From Anthoceros angustus (lineage: Eukaryota; Plantae; Anthocerotophyta): 64,000 nt of DNA. The position numbers and the translations under genes are program-made. The notes beneath the pieces are model-generated. The model saw only the letters and a list, made by a program, of their open reading frames with translations. It made no database searches and had not been told where the DNA came from. The DNA is taken from NCBI GenBank assembly GCA_010909165.1, contig MU008158.1, forward strand, positions 645,478 through 709,477. Direction: 5' to 3'. This document shows, piece by piece, positions 38,431-50,400 of the stretch (position 1 is its first letter; each line of letters opens with the position of its first letter).

Positions 38431-38674
38431 CCATGAAGTGGATGATGGATGTCCTTTGGTTGATGAAGGAATTCAGTGTCCCGAAGACTAGAGATTTTAG
38501 GGTTTTGTTTTCACGATAGAGTGAGCGTATGTTGGCTTCCGAGTTTCATACTCGGCCGACAGTTACTAGATAGGTTGGCTGAACACTGGTCGCACGTTTT
38601 TACGTCGCTATGTAATGAAGGCGTTTACCGGGTCCATGCTTTTACGTGGTCTACCAGTTGTCTTCCAAAAATAC

Positions 38675-39405
38675 CGTGGAGGCGCCGGCATGCTGGCGCC
38701 ATCATTGACAATACCCTAGCCTGCACAGTTCACTCCTAATATGTTTGAACATTTGTCACATGGGATGGCATTTCGCGGGTCCATGTGTTCCCTAGTTTCC
38801 AAGGTTAGTCACTTGTTTCTCGTTTGTAGCGGTATAAGCGGTGGGCGCCGGCATGCCGCGCCTCCACCGCCCCACATTCCACCTCATGTGTTTAAACGTT
38901 TTTGAAGGGATGGCATTTCATGGCCAGGCCCACGAGTTTGTGCAAGGTAAGTCACTTGTTTCTACCGCTTTGTAGAAAATATAGATAGTGGAGGCACCGG
39001 CATGCCGGGGCCTCCACCGACAATACCTAGCCCGCATTCGCTCCTCATATGTTTCAACGCTTTGTCGATGGGACGGCATTTCGGGTCCATGTGTCCCTAG
39101 TTCTTTCCAAGGTAAGTCACTTGTTTATCAGTGTAACAGGAGGCGCTGCATGCCGCGCCTCCACCGCCCCACAGCCCACTCCGCATATGTTACAACGTTT
39201 GTCGATGGGACGGCATTTCGGCAGGCCCACGAGTCGCCCCAAGGTAAGTCACTTGTTTCTACCGTCAGAAGATATAGATGGAGGCGCTGCATGCCGCGCC
39301 TCCATTGACAATACCTCCGCAGTTCAATATCCATATGTTTCGATGTTTGTCGGAAGGCGGAATTTCTCGAGTCCATGCGTCCAAAAGTTCTCTCTAAGGT
39401 AAGTC
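38675..39405 (+). repeat. Subterminal tandem array, about 150-bp unit x5, with a palindromic core
   Basis: Units start near 38678, 38840, 38990, 39139 and 39280. Each has a GGAGGCGC..GCATGC..GCGCCTCC-type core, a GGCATTTC-like motif and AAGGT(A/T)AGTCA. Confidence 0.85.
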
Positions 39406-39894
39406 AATCTCCTCACTTCCGAGACTTTTGTTCCCCTTGCCGATTGTTTTTCTTTGATAGCACCCATCCATGAAGTGTGTGAGACTGTACAAAACACACA
39501 CCAGGCATGGAAACGCAATTGCATGTCTTGATTCTGGAAGATGGAAACAGGACTTGCAGCATGTTGAATTTTCATTGTCATCTCCAATAGTTATTACTCC
39601 CTCATTAAAACGGTTTTCCAAAATCATATACCCTTTACGTCTTGAATGAATAGCAAGAGGCCTCTCTCGTGCCCTCTTCACGCCACCAAAGTCATGTATG
39701 GGCATTATTTCAAGGCAAATGTGTGCCCATCGAGGTTGTATATCCCTTTCCAGCCTATGTCATGACATTATCCCGGCTTCGCAAAAGAAACCAGTAATTT
39801 TGAAGCATTTTTTGTGGAAAATGGCAGGATCAGGCGTTTCGTTCCCATGTTCCCGCCGGTTACCAGTTTATTCATTGAAAAAGCCGCTTCCTGT

Positions 39895-39924
39895 TTATTC
39901 CGACGGTATGAATATTATCGTGTT
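39895..39924 (-). repeat. Right TIR
   Basis: Reverse complement is AACACGATAATATTCATACCGTCGGAATAA. Confidence 0.93.
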
Positions 39925-41420
39925 CTCCGTGGGCCACTCTCCATCCTCACACCTACCCTTGTAGGCGTCCCTTGCGGTGGTCAATTCTCCCACCTTGACA
40001 TGGAGGGTCACATTCTCCTCCCTTGCTTCTTTCAGCTGGTTGGCCATCCTTGCAAGGGCAATCCGCCCAAAATCTCCTTTTCCTCACTACTGATCCTGCA
40101 CCACCTTCTTGTGGTGCTCTTCCTCTTGGAACCTCCTTGCTTCTTTCAGGCTGGTTGGCCATCCTTGCACGAAGGGGCGTAATCACAAAATCTCCTTTTC
40201 CTCACTACATCCTGTTGCCACCTTCTTGTGGTGCTCTTCCTCTTGGAACCTCCTTTGCTCCAGCTCAGCCACTTGCTTGGCAAGTCTCTTCTTCTCCACT
40301 TGCCATTCACTTCCCTCTCGCTCTAGCTCTTGTACCTGCTGATCTTGAGCCTTTAGCTCCGCGCGCTTCTCTTCCAAATCAAATCGGGTCCTTCGCAATT
40401 CCTCTTCCATGTCCCGGATCTTGATGGCTTGGGTAGCCATCACCTGCTCTTGTGCATCCATTTGTTGGATCGCCACCTTCTCCCTTCCTAGGGCCTCTGT
40501 TTTGCCCTTTCTCTCCCGCTCTAGCTGGGCAAAATGCTCTTCCGCCTTCTGCCTCCACGAATCCCGTTGGGTTGTTGCCCGAATGGCTCTCTCCTCGGTC
40601 TGTGACAACCTCCCCTCTAGGACCTTCTCCGCTCTCCGCTGGTCCACGAGATCCCGCTGGAGTTTTTCCACAGCCTTCTCCAGCTTGGCTGCCTTCTCGT
40701 CGGACTCCATGGCTTCCAATTGCCATTTAGTCCCTGCTCTCCTCTCCGTCATTTCTTGGGCCTTGACTTCCTCCTGACTTGCCCACAAGGAGGCTGCTAG
40801 CTCCCTAGCCCCCTTCAAATTCACGCGGCTGAGTGTCTCACAAGCACTCAGCAATTCTCCTAGGGGTCCTAATTCCACCCCTACTGCCTTCTTGCTGGGA
40901 ATTTCCAGCTCCCTTGCGCTCCTCGGACCATCGCGCGGCGGTGGGGGTCCTCTCACCGTCGCCCCATCCGCCCTTCCTCCGAGCGCGGGTAGTGGCGGCC
41001 TAGGCGCCCTTGCATGGCTCTCGAGCCCTTCCCTTCCCCTACCGTCGCCTCTGGGGCGTGGGGTGCCCCCTTGGTGCTGCTCCCAGCGTAGATCGCGCCT
41101 GCCTACCGTGGTGGTACGCCTACCACAGTGATCGCCCACCCTTGGGTGGGGTGCCTCCCCTGGGGTGGGGCTGGGGTGCCTCTCTGCTAGGCACAAATGA
41201 GATGGTGGGGACTCCCCCCACCCTTGGGACTGTCACCCCTCCTGTGGTAGTCCTCCTCTCATAGACTACCATTCGGCCTTCCTCGGCCCGGTTCCTGTTC
41301 CTCTCCTCCCCCTTGCTCTTGTAGGGGAAAAGCTTCCCACTCTGGCAACCTTGTTGCCTCTACATCCTCCGCCCTTGCTCCTAGCATGCTTGTGGAGGTC
41401 GCCTCGCCCTGCTGAACGGA
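39925..41420 (-). mobile_element. Family A extra coiled-coil ORF (best-preserved copy is ORF 40183-41196)
   Basis: ELGPLGELLSACETLSRVNLKG..KWQLEAMESDEKAAKLEKAVEKLQRDL..MATQAIKIRDMEEEL, homologous to 1110-2340. Confidence 0.8.
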
Positions 41421-42163
41421 TTCCACAAAATCAGAATCGTCGCAGAGGGCCAGGAGCACAGGCACCATGGAACACCACCCTTGCAGAGCAGCTTCATCAA
41501 CACTTGGGAGAATGGGTAATCGAATCCAAACCAACACTGCTCGCATTCTTGAAGTAAGGAGTCTTTCAATACCGATTGAATCTCTCTTCCCGGTCGGTAG
41601 CCACTTGGTGATTGCCCTTCCACAAAAGAAACCAAAATCAAAGAGGTTTTCTAACAACCCATGTTTCCCTCCCATAAGTGTTACTCAATTAATAACGGTG
41701 GAGTCACATGACAACATGTAGATCGACGTTTTAGACGCCATAAGCTGGCGGTGCTAGTGTAGACTTCACGTGATGTGCGAGGAGCGTATAGGACACCTTG
41801 ATTTCAAGCTGCTAACTTTGTTGAAGCCAGCCACCTTGCTAACCCATACGTTAGGGGAGTAGCATGCAAGCATGCTAAGAAGACAAATAAGCACTATAGA
41901 TTTGATGCACCAATTCATTGTCCCTCACCTCCTCTGGCGTTCAATAGGTGGGAAAGTAGAAACCAGAAAATAGCAAGTAGGATTCAACAGCAGTAGCCTC
42001 TTGACGGACCTGTTGCAGATAGATTGCCTAACCTTGCTAATGCTCTTTGATTTGCTGCTCTAATCGCATGCTCTTCAAGTCCTAGATAACAGACCAATAA
42101 AGGTCAGCCATTTTAGCATCTTAGTGTTCTAGGAGTAGCTAACCTAGAACACAAAAGAGGAAA

Positions 42164-44965
42164 ATGGCTGATCCCTCATCCAGCCATGGTGGGGAAGGGT
42201 TTAAAGAAAAGGACAGGTTTGGTGGTCAGGATTATGATATTTGGGTAATCCGCATGAGAGGAGCTTTGCAGAATAGAAAACTCTGGAAGCTTGCTAACGG
42301 GGATGATGAATACCTAGCAACCACATCCACACCCTTACCTTCTGAAAATAAAAAGCAGGACGAATGGGAAGCTAGAGACGAAGCTGCCATGTTCCTCAAT
42401 TCAAGACCTTGAGATCAGATAATGGGGGAGAATTTACTTCTAAGGAATTTCAGGCTTACTGTTTAGCTGAAGGCATTGGTCGCCAGCTTACAGTGGTCTA
42501 CACTCCCCAACAGAACGGAGTAGCTGAGCGGCTGAACCTAACCTTGCAGGAAATGACCTCTTCCTTGCTCCATCACGCTCAGCTTCCCTTGCCATATTGG
42601 GCAGAAGCCATCATGACTTTGACATATCTCAAGAATAGGTTGCCTACCACTTCAGTTGTGGGCTTAACTCCCTACGAAGCCTTTACAGGTCGCAAGCCAT
42701 CAGTCCTTCACCTGCGTACTTTTGGCTGTGTGGCGTATGCCTTTATACCTAAGGAAAAGAGGAAGAAGCTATCGGATAAGGCTAGAAAGCTCCTCATGAT
42801 AGGGTATACAGAAGGAATCAAAGCCTATAAGCTGTATGATGTCCCTAAAAACAAGATAGTGTATGCCAGGAGTGTCACCTTTGATGAAAGCCGCACTTGG
42901 GCATCAATGGAGGTATTGAGAATCACATTCTCAATCCGGATAATGACAACAGGCTTCTCTGACTCACATTTTGACCAAACTGATCATGGGACTCAGGCTG
43001 TCCACCATGAGGATGTTGCTCCTGCAGGTGGGGATGATCCAAAGAGTTTTGAGTTAGTCGATGAGGACAAAGGCCGCGAACTGATCATGTAATCGAGCCT
43101 AAAGAACCAAATCAAAAGCAGGCACGGATTACGTGGGCAACCTCCTCGTATGAATATCCAGATGAAAACCCGAGCATGAACAAAATCTTTGAAAATGACG
43201 GAATCGGATGATGCTCCTAACCCTTGACACGCCCAACAAGAACTTACGCTAAGAACCACCTAGGCGATGTCAGTCTGCGTCACGCAACCTCCAGTTATTA
43301 TATTGCCTTAGACTTTAGAGTCCCTTCTTCAGATGTGGAGATCAATGCTGCCACGTCTCTGGACCCTATAGAACCACAGTCCTATCAGGAGGCGTTGAGC
43401 AGACCTGACCACAAAGAATGGAAAAAGCCATCCAGTCAGAGTATGACTCACTAATAGAAAATGGCACTTGGGAGCTTGCAGAGTTACCACCTGGTCGAAA
43501 GTTGGTTTCTTGTAAATGGGTCTTCAAGCTGAAAGTAAAAGCTGATGGTACCTTCGACAGGTACAAGGCTCGCTTGGTAGCTAGAGGTTTTTCACAAGTT
43601 CCTGGACTGGACTACCTCGAAACCTTCGCTCCAGTTGTAAAGCTTGCCACCCTCAGGACCATCCTTGCAATATCCACACATTTCGATTATGAGCTGCAAA
43701 TGTATGATGTCAAGACAGCATTCCTTCACGGAAAGTTGGACACAGAAATATACATGCAGCAGCCACCTGGATATGAGGTTAAGGGAAAGGAAAACTATGC
43801 TCTCATGCTGATCAAATGCTTATACGGCCTAAAGCAATCGGCAATGAAGTGGAACGCAGCTCTAGACACAGAACTGTTAGAGTTAGGTTTCGTAAAAAGC
43901 CAGGCTGACAGCAGTTTATACGTCTACAAGAAGGGAGATGTAATCTGCTATTTGGCAGTGTATGTGGACGATCTTATATTGTCCAGTAACACCAAGCCTT
44001 CATCACTAGCATTACAGATATGCTGGTAGTTAAGTTCAAGATGTCTAGCCTCGGCCCTCTACAAAGCTGTCTTGGGATACATATTCAGAGGAATAGGCAA
44101 ACAAGAGTAATGACTCTGACCCAACCACGTTACCTTCTAGAGAGCGCAGAACAACTTGGCCTTAAAGATGCGAAACCTTCATCAACGCCTATGCCAACAG
44201 GACAGAAGCTTAGTAAGCTTATGTCACCTTCAACTAAGGAAGAAAAGGAACAAATGATAGGGGTTCCTTACAGGCAGGGCGTTGGCAAGCTGATTTATGC
44301 AAGTAACACTACAAGGTTGGAAGTAGCCTATACTACAAGCGTGCTATCCCAGTTCTTAGAGAACCCAGGCCCTGAGCACTGGACAAGCCTAAAGAGGGCA
44401 TTTAGATACCTGAAGGGCACAGCGCAGTTGGGAATTAGCTAGCGATACATAAAAGGAAGACCTTTAGACCTTGAGGTGTTTACGGACTCTGACTATGCTG
44501 GAGACGTGGATAGCAGGAAATCAGTCTCTGGGTATGTGATATCTGTTGCTGGAGGACCGGTATGCTGGTCGAGTAAAAAGTAGCCTACGGTTGCCCTATC
44601 CTCTACCAAAGCTGAATACAGGGTTCTTACAGCAGCTGCAAAAGAGATAGTCTGGTGTAAGTTGCTATTTAAGGAGCTCGGAATTCCTATACCTACTTGC
44701 ATGCACAACTATCCACACAGACAACCAAGGTTCAATGGCGCTAGCGAAAAATCTAGTCTTCCATGCACGCACAAAACACGTAGAGGTTGAATATCACTAC
44801 ATCAGGGGGCTGATAGCAGAAGGAAAAATTGAACTGCAATATGTGCCTACACAGGATAACCCAGCAGACATATTAACCAAAGCTTTGAGCAGAGATGCTC
44901 ATCAAAGACACATGCAAAGTCTGGGGATGGGAGAGTCGGAAACTCTCCTGTCCAAGTCACAGTGA
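42164..44965 (+). pseudogene. copia-2 gag (N-terminal part only), INT, RT and RNase H
   Basis: FKEKDRFGGQDYDIW, RSDNGGEF..TPQQNGVAERLN, YKARLVARGFSQ, CLYGLKQS, VYVDDL, DSDYAGD..RKSVSGY and FHARTKHVEVEYHYIR. Confidence 0.92.
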
Positions 44966-44974
44966 TCAGCAGTT

Positions 44975-45826
44975 CTAATATCCAGAGTCAAAGCCGTAAT
45001 CTGAAGAGTAACCGAAGTCTATTGACTCTCCAGAACGCAGTGACTTAGATTCGGACTCCTCATCCTCATAGGAGTTGTGATCATAAGTGTGTACAGAAGA
45101 GAAACTCTCATCTGTCTTGGGAGAGTTTCGACTTCGTCGCTCCTCGTAGGAAATTCGCTCCTCAGTCTCTAGGTCAGCCTCCTCTTCAATTCTTTTGGTA
45201 GACCTTGTACAGGAACAATGGGAGCATATGTGAGGATTACCACAAGCTGAAAATAGCAGCGACAACAGAAAAGGAAAGGGCTGTAAATGCTTACTATAGG
45301 TACTAATAACGTGGCCTGGAGGAGCTCCATAGATTTGGACGTCAATCCTCTTCATGGTGAACACGTTGCAACCAAGCCACACTTTGTACCACACAGGGGA
45401 GCGTGGATGTTTAACAGTCCCGCAACTGGCAATCCTCGTTTCACTGTCCTTGTCGGAGGGCCTAGGAAATATCACAGGTGGAGCAGGGTGAGTCTCGTCG
45501 TCAGAATATGCAAAGTGAGGTTCCTTCTGCTTGATGGTAGCCGCCTTTGCTACAGTCTTGGCTGCTGGTGGGCAGGAAGGGCCACCCATTTCTTGTTTCT
45601 CCTTGAGGGCAGCTCCTTTAGTATGACGGCGCTGCTCCAAGAAAGCTTTGGTGGTGCCCCTAGGTCTCCCTACTTCTCACTTCACACCTTCTGCAGCAAC
45701 TGACGTAGAGGCTCCTGGTGTGGTAGTTGTCCTAGCACCTGGTGCACTAGCTGCAAATCTTCCTTTGGAATCACGCTGCTGCAGTCGCTTAGGACAAGGC
45801 TCGTAGTCGGAGTCTGAGGAAGCCAT
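44975..45826 (-). CDS. Antisense ORF in the copia-2 3' region, with an AT-hook-like motif and a Cys/His cluster
   Basis: Starts MASSDSDYEPCP and has one internal stop. Contains GRPRG and CGNPHICSHCSC, with an acidic tail ending just after the RNase H stop. Confidence 0.5.
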
Positions 45827-46339
45827 GGCAGCGTCGAGATGAACAACTCGTTGCAGGAGCAGCTCAGTGAGTGAGAGCGTAATGAAATATGCCAGCGTTA
45901 TAAGGAAACGCGCACCTTATCTCTGTCGGCTTCATTTTGGCAGAAAGCATCTTTTACAGACTTGGCAGGAAGTCGGGCGTAACCGAGTACAGGAGTTGTT
46001 GGCTATGGAGCTCTAGGAGTGAAAACACTCAGTTGAACCACAGTCCCATGGGTAGTCTGCAATGGACCGGAGACTGTACAAGAAATCATCACCAACAAGT
46101 GGGAGTAAAGGAATATCTGTGTTGGATAGATGATTAGGGTTCAGGGGTTTAGTTAAGTTATAGCTACATACCTTTTCATTAGGGTTGCTTCGTTTGGTTA
46201 GGTCACGACGATTCATAAGTCAAGTTAAGTTGTCTTTTCATATTTTAAGTAGTGTACATGTTTATGTATGTTCTTGATACACAATGTAATTATCAATATG
46301 ATTAATTGATCTGCATTTGCCTGAATTTCGTAATTCTCT

Positions 46340-47309
46340 ACCGTCCCGCAGAGACCCCAGAGCATTCCGTCCATGACGGTTGCCAGGACCCGCCATGTCT
46401 CTTCCACGGCCATAGCTGGCGAGGCGCCCAAGAAGTCCGTCGTGGGTGCGGGTATTTCCCGGTCCGCTAAGGACCGCCAGACTGCGGTCCGGAGTGAGTC
46501 CGGACTTAGCTCTTCGGACCTAATCAGGACCCTCAGGTCCTGGGTGCCCAGGTCCGGCCCTTCCACCTCCTTGGCCCGCTTGGCCGCCAACTCCTTCTCC
46601 GCTCGCCTTCGTTTTGGGCTTGGTGGCGGCGGGGGAATGGGCAGCGTTGTGAGACCCGGGCTCCGGATGTTTGCTGCGGATGTCCCCTGCCCCTTGGCGC
46701 GTCCTCAGCTCTCCCTTCTGCCTCCTCGCCTCCGCACTCCGGTAGGTAGGGGCAAGGTACCGTGCGCTCCTTGGCGCTTCATCAGTTAGGAGCCACCTTA
46801 GCCTCTTGACGCCCGTCCGGCGTAGCTCAGCTCTTTGGGGCTGTGGCGGTTCTTTGGTACGTAGGTGTTGTGCTCCTTCAGTAGGTGCTCCATCCGGCGC
46901 GGGCAACTCCACCTCCGAAACCAGAAGGAGGGAGGCAGGGATATCCTCCCATACCTCTCGGGGCGGCGAGGGGGTCCGTTCCAGCCGGATGGAGTCCGGA
47001 ATCCCTTCCCAATCATCTTCCTCCCGGGCTCGTTTGGCCTTAGGAGGCCGGGCCTCCGCCTCTGGCGCCTTCGCCCCTTCCCGCTCTGCTTCCGGCAGGG
47101 CCGCCAACCCTTTCCGGAGCGCCCGCTCCTCTTCTCCCTCCTTCAGGAGGTTGAGGTGTCCCCACACATGGATGAGGAAAGGGGACAGTGCTGACGGAGG
47201 CGGCTTCTCGCTCCGTAGCTTCCTGGCCTCCTGACTGATCCGGGCGAGGATGATACACCCCCAGTCGGCCCGTTTGCCCCGCTGTAGGGCGTGCAGGAAC
47301 ACCGCTGTT
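46340..47309 (-). mobile_element. Family C accessory ORF (second copy), continuing at 52307-52846
   Basis: FLHALQRGKRADWGCIILARISQE..EEDDWEGIPDSIRLERTP. Confidence 0.8.
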
Positions 47310-47414
47310 CTCGAATGTCTTGTTTCAAAAATTCATGTCGTGGCTGACGGTGATAGCCTCACATGATTCGAGCGACTAGTTATCCAACAAGCAGTGTCAT
47401 CAGTTGTAGTAACC

Positions 47415-50400
47415 ATGTCTAGGCAGTCCACATCCGACATCAACCTCTTCAGGTGTTAGCTTTACCTCAGACCTGAAGGAGAAGGACCGATTCAACGGGA
47501 CTAAATACCCCGTGTGGAAGGTCCGCATGAAATCAACTCTGGTGGCCAGAGGGGTATGGAAGGTGGTAGATGGGACTCTCTTGAAGCCAGATCCGACTGC
47601 TAATCCAGCCCCGACAGCTACAAAAATAGAAAAATGGGATCAGTTGAATTCAATTGCAGTTGCCTTACTAATTGGGGGTTTAGATGAGGTTCTCGTACCT
47701 GATGTGGAGTACCATACCGCTGGGAAGGGTATATGGGACCAACTTGCAGCAACCTATGGCGTACAGAATATGCATACTTTGTGTGCAATACGCATGGAGT
47801 TTTACAGCCTGCGCTTACGAGAGGGGGACAGGGTCGCTCCTCACGTTACGAGGTTTCGTCAACTGCGAGCCCAGTTAACTGCCTTTGGTTCCAAGATGGA
47901 TGAAGTTGAGGCAGCAGCCCAACTACTCACATCACTGCCTCCGTCTTTTCAGACCTTCATTAGCAGCTTCAATGGTCCTATACGCCAACCCCGTCGGTGT
48001 GCTCCCCTCATGTGATTGAAGATGTTATAGGAGCCTGTTTCGGGAAGAACAAGGGCGTCTAAATTCATCGAGGACACAGTCAAAGGGGATAAGGTTAAGT
48101 GCTAGATTCAGAACACGCGGGTTAGGAAGAGCACACTGGAGGTCGTTTAGACTCCAACTCAGTTCTTCCATACCCAAGCGGACGAGGCAATTGGTGTGGG
48201 CTTGCGGACCTTTGGGGCTCGTGATTCTTGGGAAAGAAGGCCGGTGAGCCACGGAAGGTCCGACACAAGCGGTCGGCCCATGTCGTTGTTAAGGAAAAGG
48301 AGAAAGCTCGAAAGGGACCGTGAAGATCCTTACCGTTTGTCTCACAAGCTCGTTGCGATCTTTGATTCTTGGTACCTTGATTCAGGGCTACCACTCACAT
48401 CTACGCAATGATAAAGCACATTTTCTAACAGAACATGTCATATGAAAGACAAGGTTTTGTTAGGAGATGAGCGGAGTGACACAAGCTTCTGAGTTGAGGG
48501 TTCGGAACTGTACTTCCTACTCACCGATGGGTTGACCTTCTACATGCATGATGTCCTCTTTGTAGGATATGGCCAAGAACCTCCTCTCGTTGAGCAGGCG
48601 ATGCAAACTCGTGTTTATGGGATGCGAGTCGATAGTGAGGCTGCGCTTCTACAAGATAGACCATCCTACGGTGCTCATTCGGTGTTACGGAACCACGATC
48701 TGTCTGGTGACTATTGTGTGTTCGGTCACATTGCCTATTCCAGTGGGGTTTCCCTAACTCCGGCTAGCATCCTTGTGGCATGCACGTTTAGGCCATGCCA
48801 GTACAAGCTAATAGATATGTCCAAGCGATTACGCCATAGGAGCCACTCCCACCTTGCTTTTAAGGATCTACATCTGAGTCTTGCATCCTAGCTAGCGGAG
48901 GAGCTCCCATTTCCAAAGCACGCCCATAGAGCAAGCCCTTCTTTGGAGTTAGTCCATCTTGACATCTCTGGAAAAATTAATGAGCCCTCTCGGGGTGCTC
49001 AATATTATTTAACTATCACAATGACTTGATGAGATACTCTGGACATATCCGATGCATCTTAAGAGTGATACCCTTGATTTCTTAGGAATGGTTACTGTAG
49101 TGCGGCGATCTGGCTGCCTCCTCAAGTTACATACGGAACAGAGTTTGTCAACCATGCCTTTGATGATTTTCTCCGGGGAGCATGGCATTCGGTGTGGTGA
49201 TGTCACCCAGCAAGCATGGGGTTCTTTGTAAAATCGGACCCTACTTTCTATGACACGTAGTATGCTTTTGTGGGGTGGCTTACCACAGAATTTTGGGTGA
49301 GCGGTTGTGGCCACATATATCTTGAGCAGTGCTTACAAGCTGTGCTGGCCAAACCCCTTGAAGTCTTTTGGCGTCGTAGGCCAGCATCCTTCACCTTCGT
49401 GTTTTGGGTCCAGGCCTATGCTTACATTCCTGCGGAGGCAAGAAGCTTGACAACCAACCCTGCATTTTGTCGGCTATAGTGGCCAAAGCTTATAAGCTTT
49501 TCGACCCTCATCAGTGTCACCCTTGCCGCAGCGTCACTTTTGGAGCCATCCCGGTTCTTTGCCGTCGCCCTCTTGAGGAGGCTGCCATCCCTCCGGACGA
49601 TCTTGACGTATCCATTATCCTCAAGATGATCGAGCCTGGTGGCCCGTTATACCCCACATCGTTGTAGTTCCCGAGTGCCCGATTGAACCGGCCAGCGGGC
49701 CTCGCACGAGAGAGATCAGATAATGAACTCAATCATCGCATGTCATTGAACAGGCGGTGATAACTGGTGGATATGAGAGGGCGGCGAGTGCTTGCGGAAC
49801 TGAACCCGAACGAGCTCCGGCGCTCCACAAGGCGCCGTCCACCGACGGTGGCGGGAACCACGATATGAGTCCGTCGGGCGATCCCTTGGAGCCACTGTGG
49901 ATACCCATTGAGAGCGCCTCGCCTCACAAGGAGGCCATAGCGGCGGTCGATGGGCTCAATGGAAAGCTGTTGAGGGCAGTACCGATCTCTTATCAGAATA
50001 AGACTTGGGTGCTTCTTGACCACCGAGGGGAGAAACCCATATCCTGTAAGTGGGTTTTTAAACTGAAGCTCAATGCGAAAGGTGAGATTGCCCGCTACAA
50101 GGCAAGGCTCGTGGCAAGGGGCTTCACACAGGTGGAGGGCTTAGACTATCAGGAGACCTTCTCACCTGTCGTCCGCGCACAGTCCATTAGGATCCTACTA
50201 GCACTGGCTGCTGAACTTGACCTGGATCTGGAGCAAATGGATGTGTGTACAGCTTTTCTGTATGGTGCCCTAGATGAGGAACTTTACATGATGCAACCTA
50301 AAGGATACGAAGACAAGCGTCATCCAATGAAAGTTCTAAAGCTCCTCAAGTGTATCTATGGGCTCAAACAAAGTGGAAGAGTCTGGTACATAACAATGCA

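Larger units (their letters stand above)
30105..39924. mobile_element. 9.8-kb TIR DNA transposon, Sola1-like, carrying a ParB plus DNA methyltransferase gene
   Basis: 30-bp TIRs with one mismatch and a 4-bp TSD CTCC (30101-30104 and 39925-39928). A paralogous empty site is at about 1098-1118 (gatcatcaactccgtgggcc). Confidence 0.92.
41760..46340 (+). mobile_element. Internally deleted Ty1/copia element (copia-2); boundaries approximate
   Basis: A gag start is fused directly to the integrase core, followed by RT and RNase H. An AT-rich LTR-like tail lies at about 46120-46340. No 5' LTR was found. Confidence 0.8.

Noticed and set aside
38675-39405. CRISPR-like array of palindromic repeats
   Set aside because: The intervening sequences are homologous to each other rather than unique spacers. 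There are no cas genes and the context is a eukaryotic transposon.
30107-39922. CACTA/EnSpm classification (inner ends read CACGA...TCGTG)
   Set aside because: The inverted repeat extends outward to AACAC and gives a 4-bp TSD. The transposase motifs (DGMD, DN..RENKN, GHTH.DQ) are not TnpD-like.
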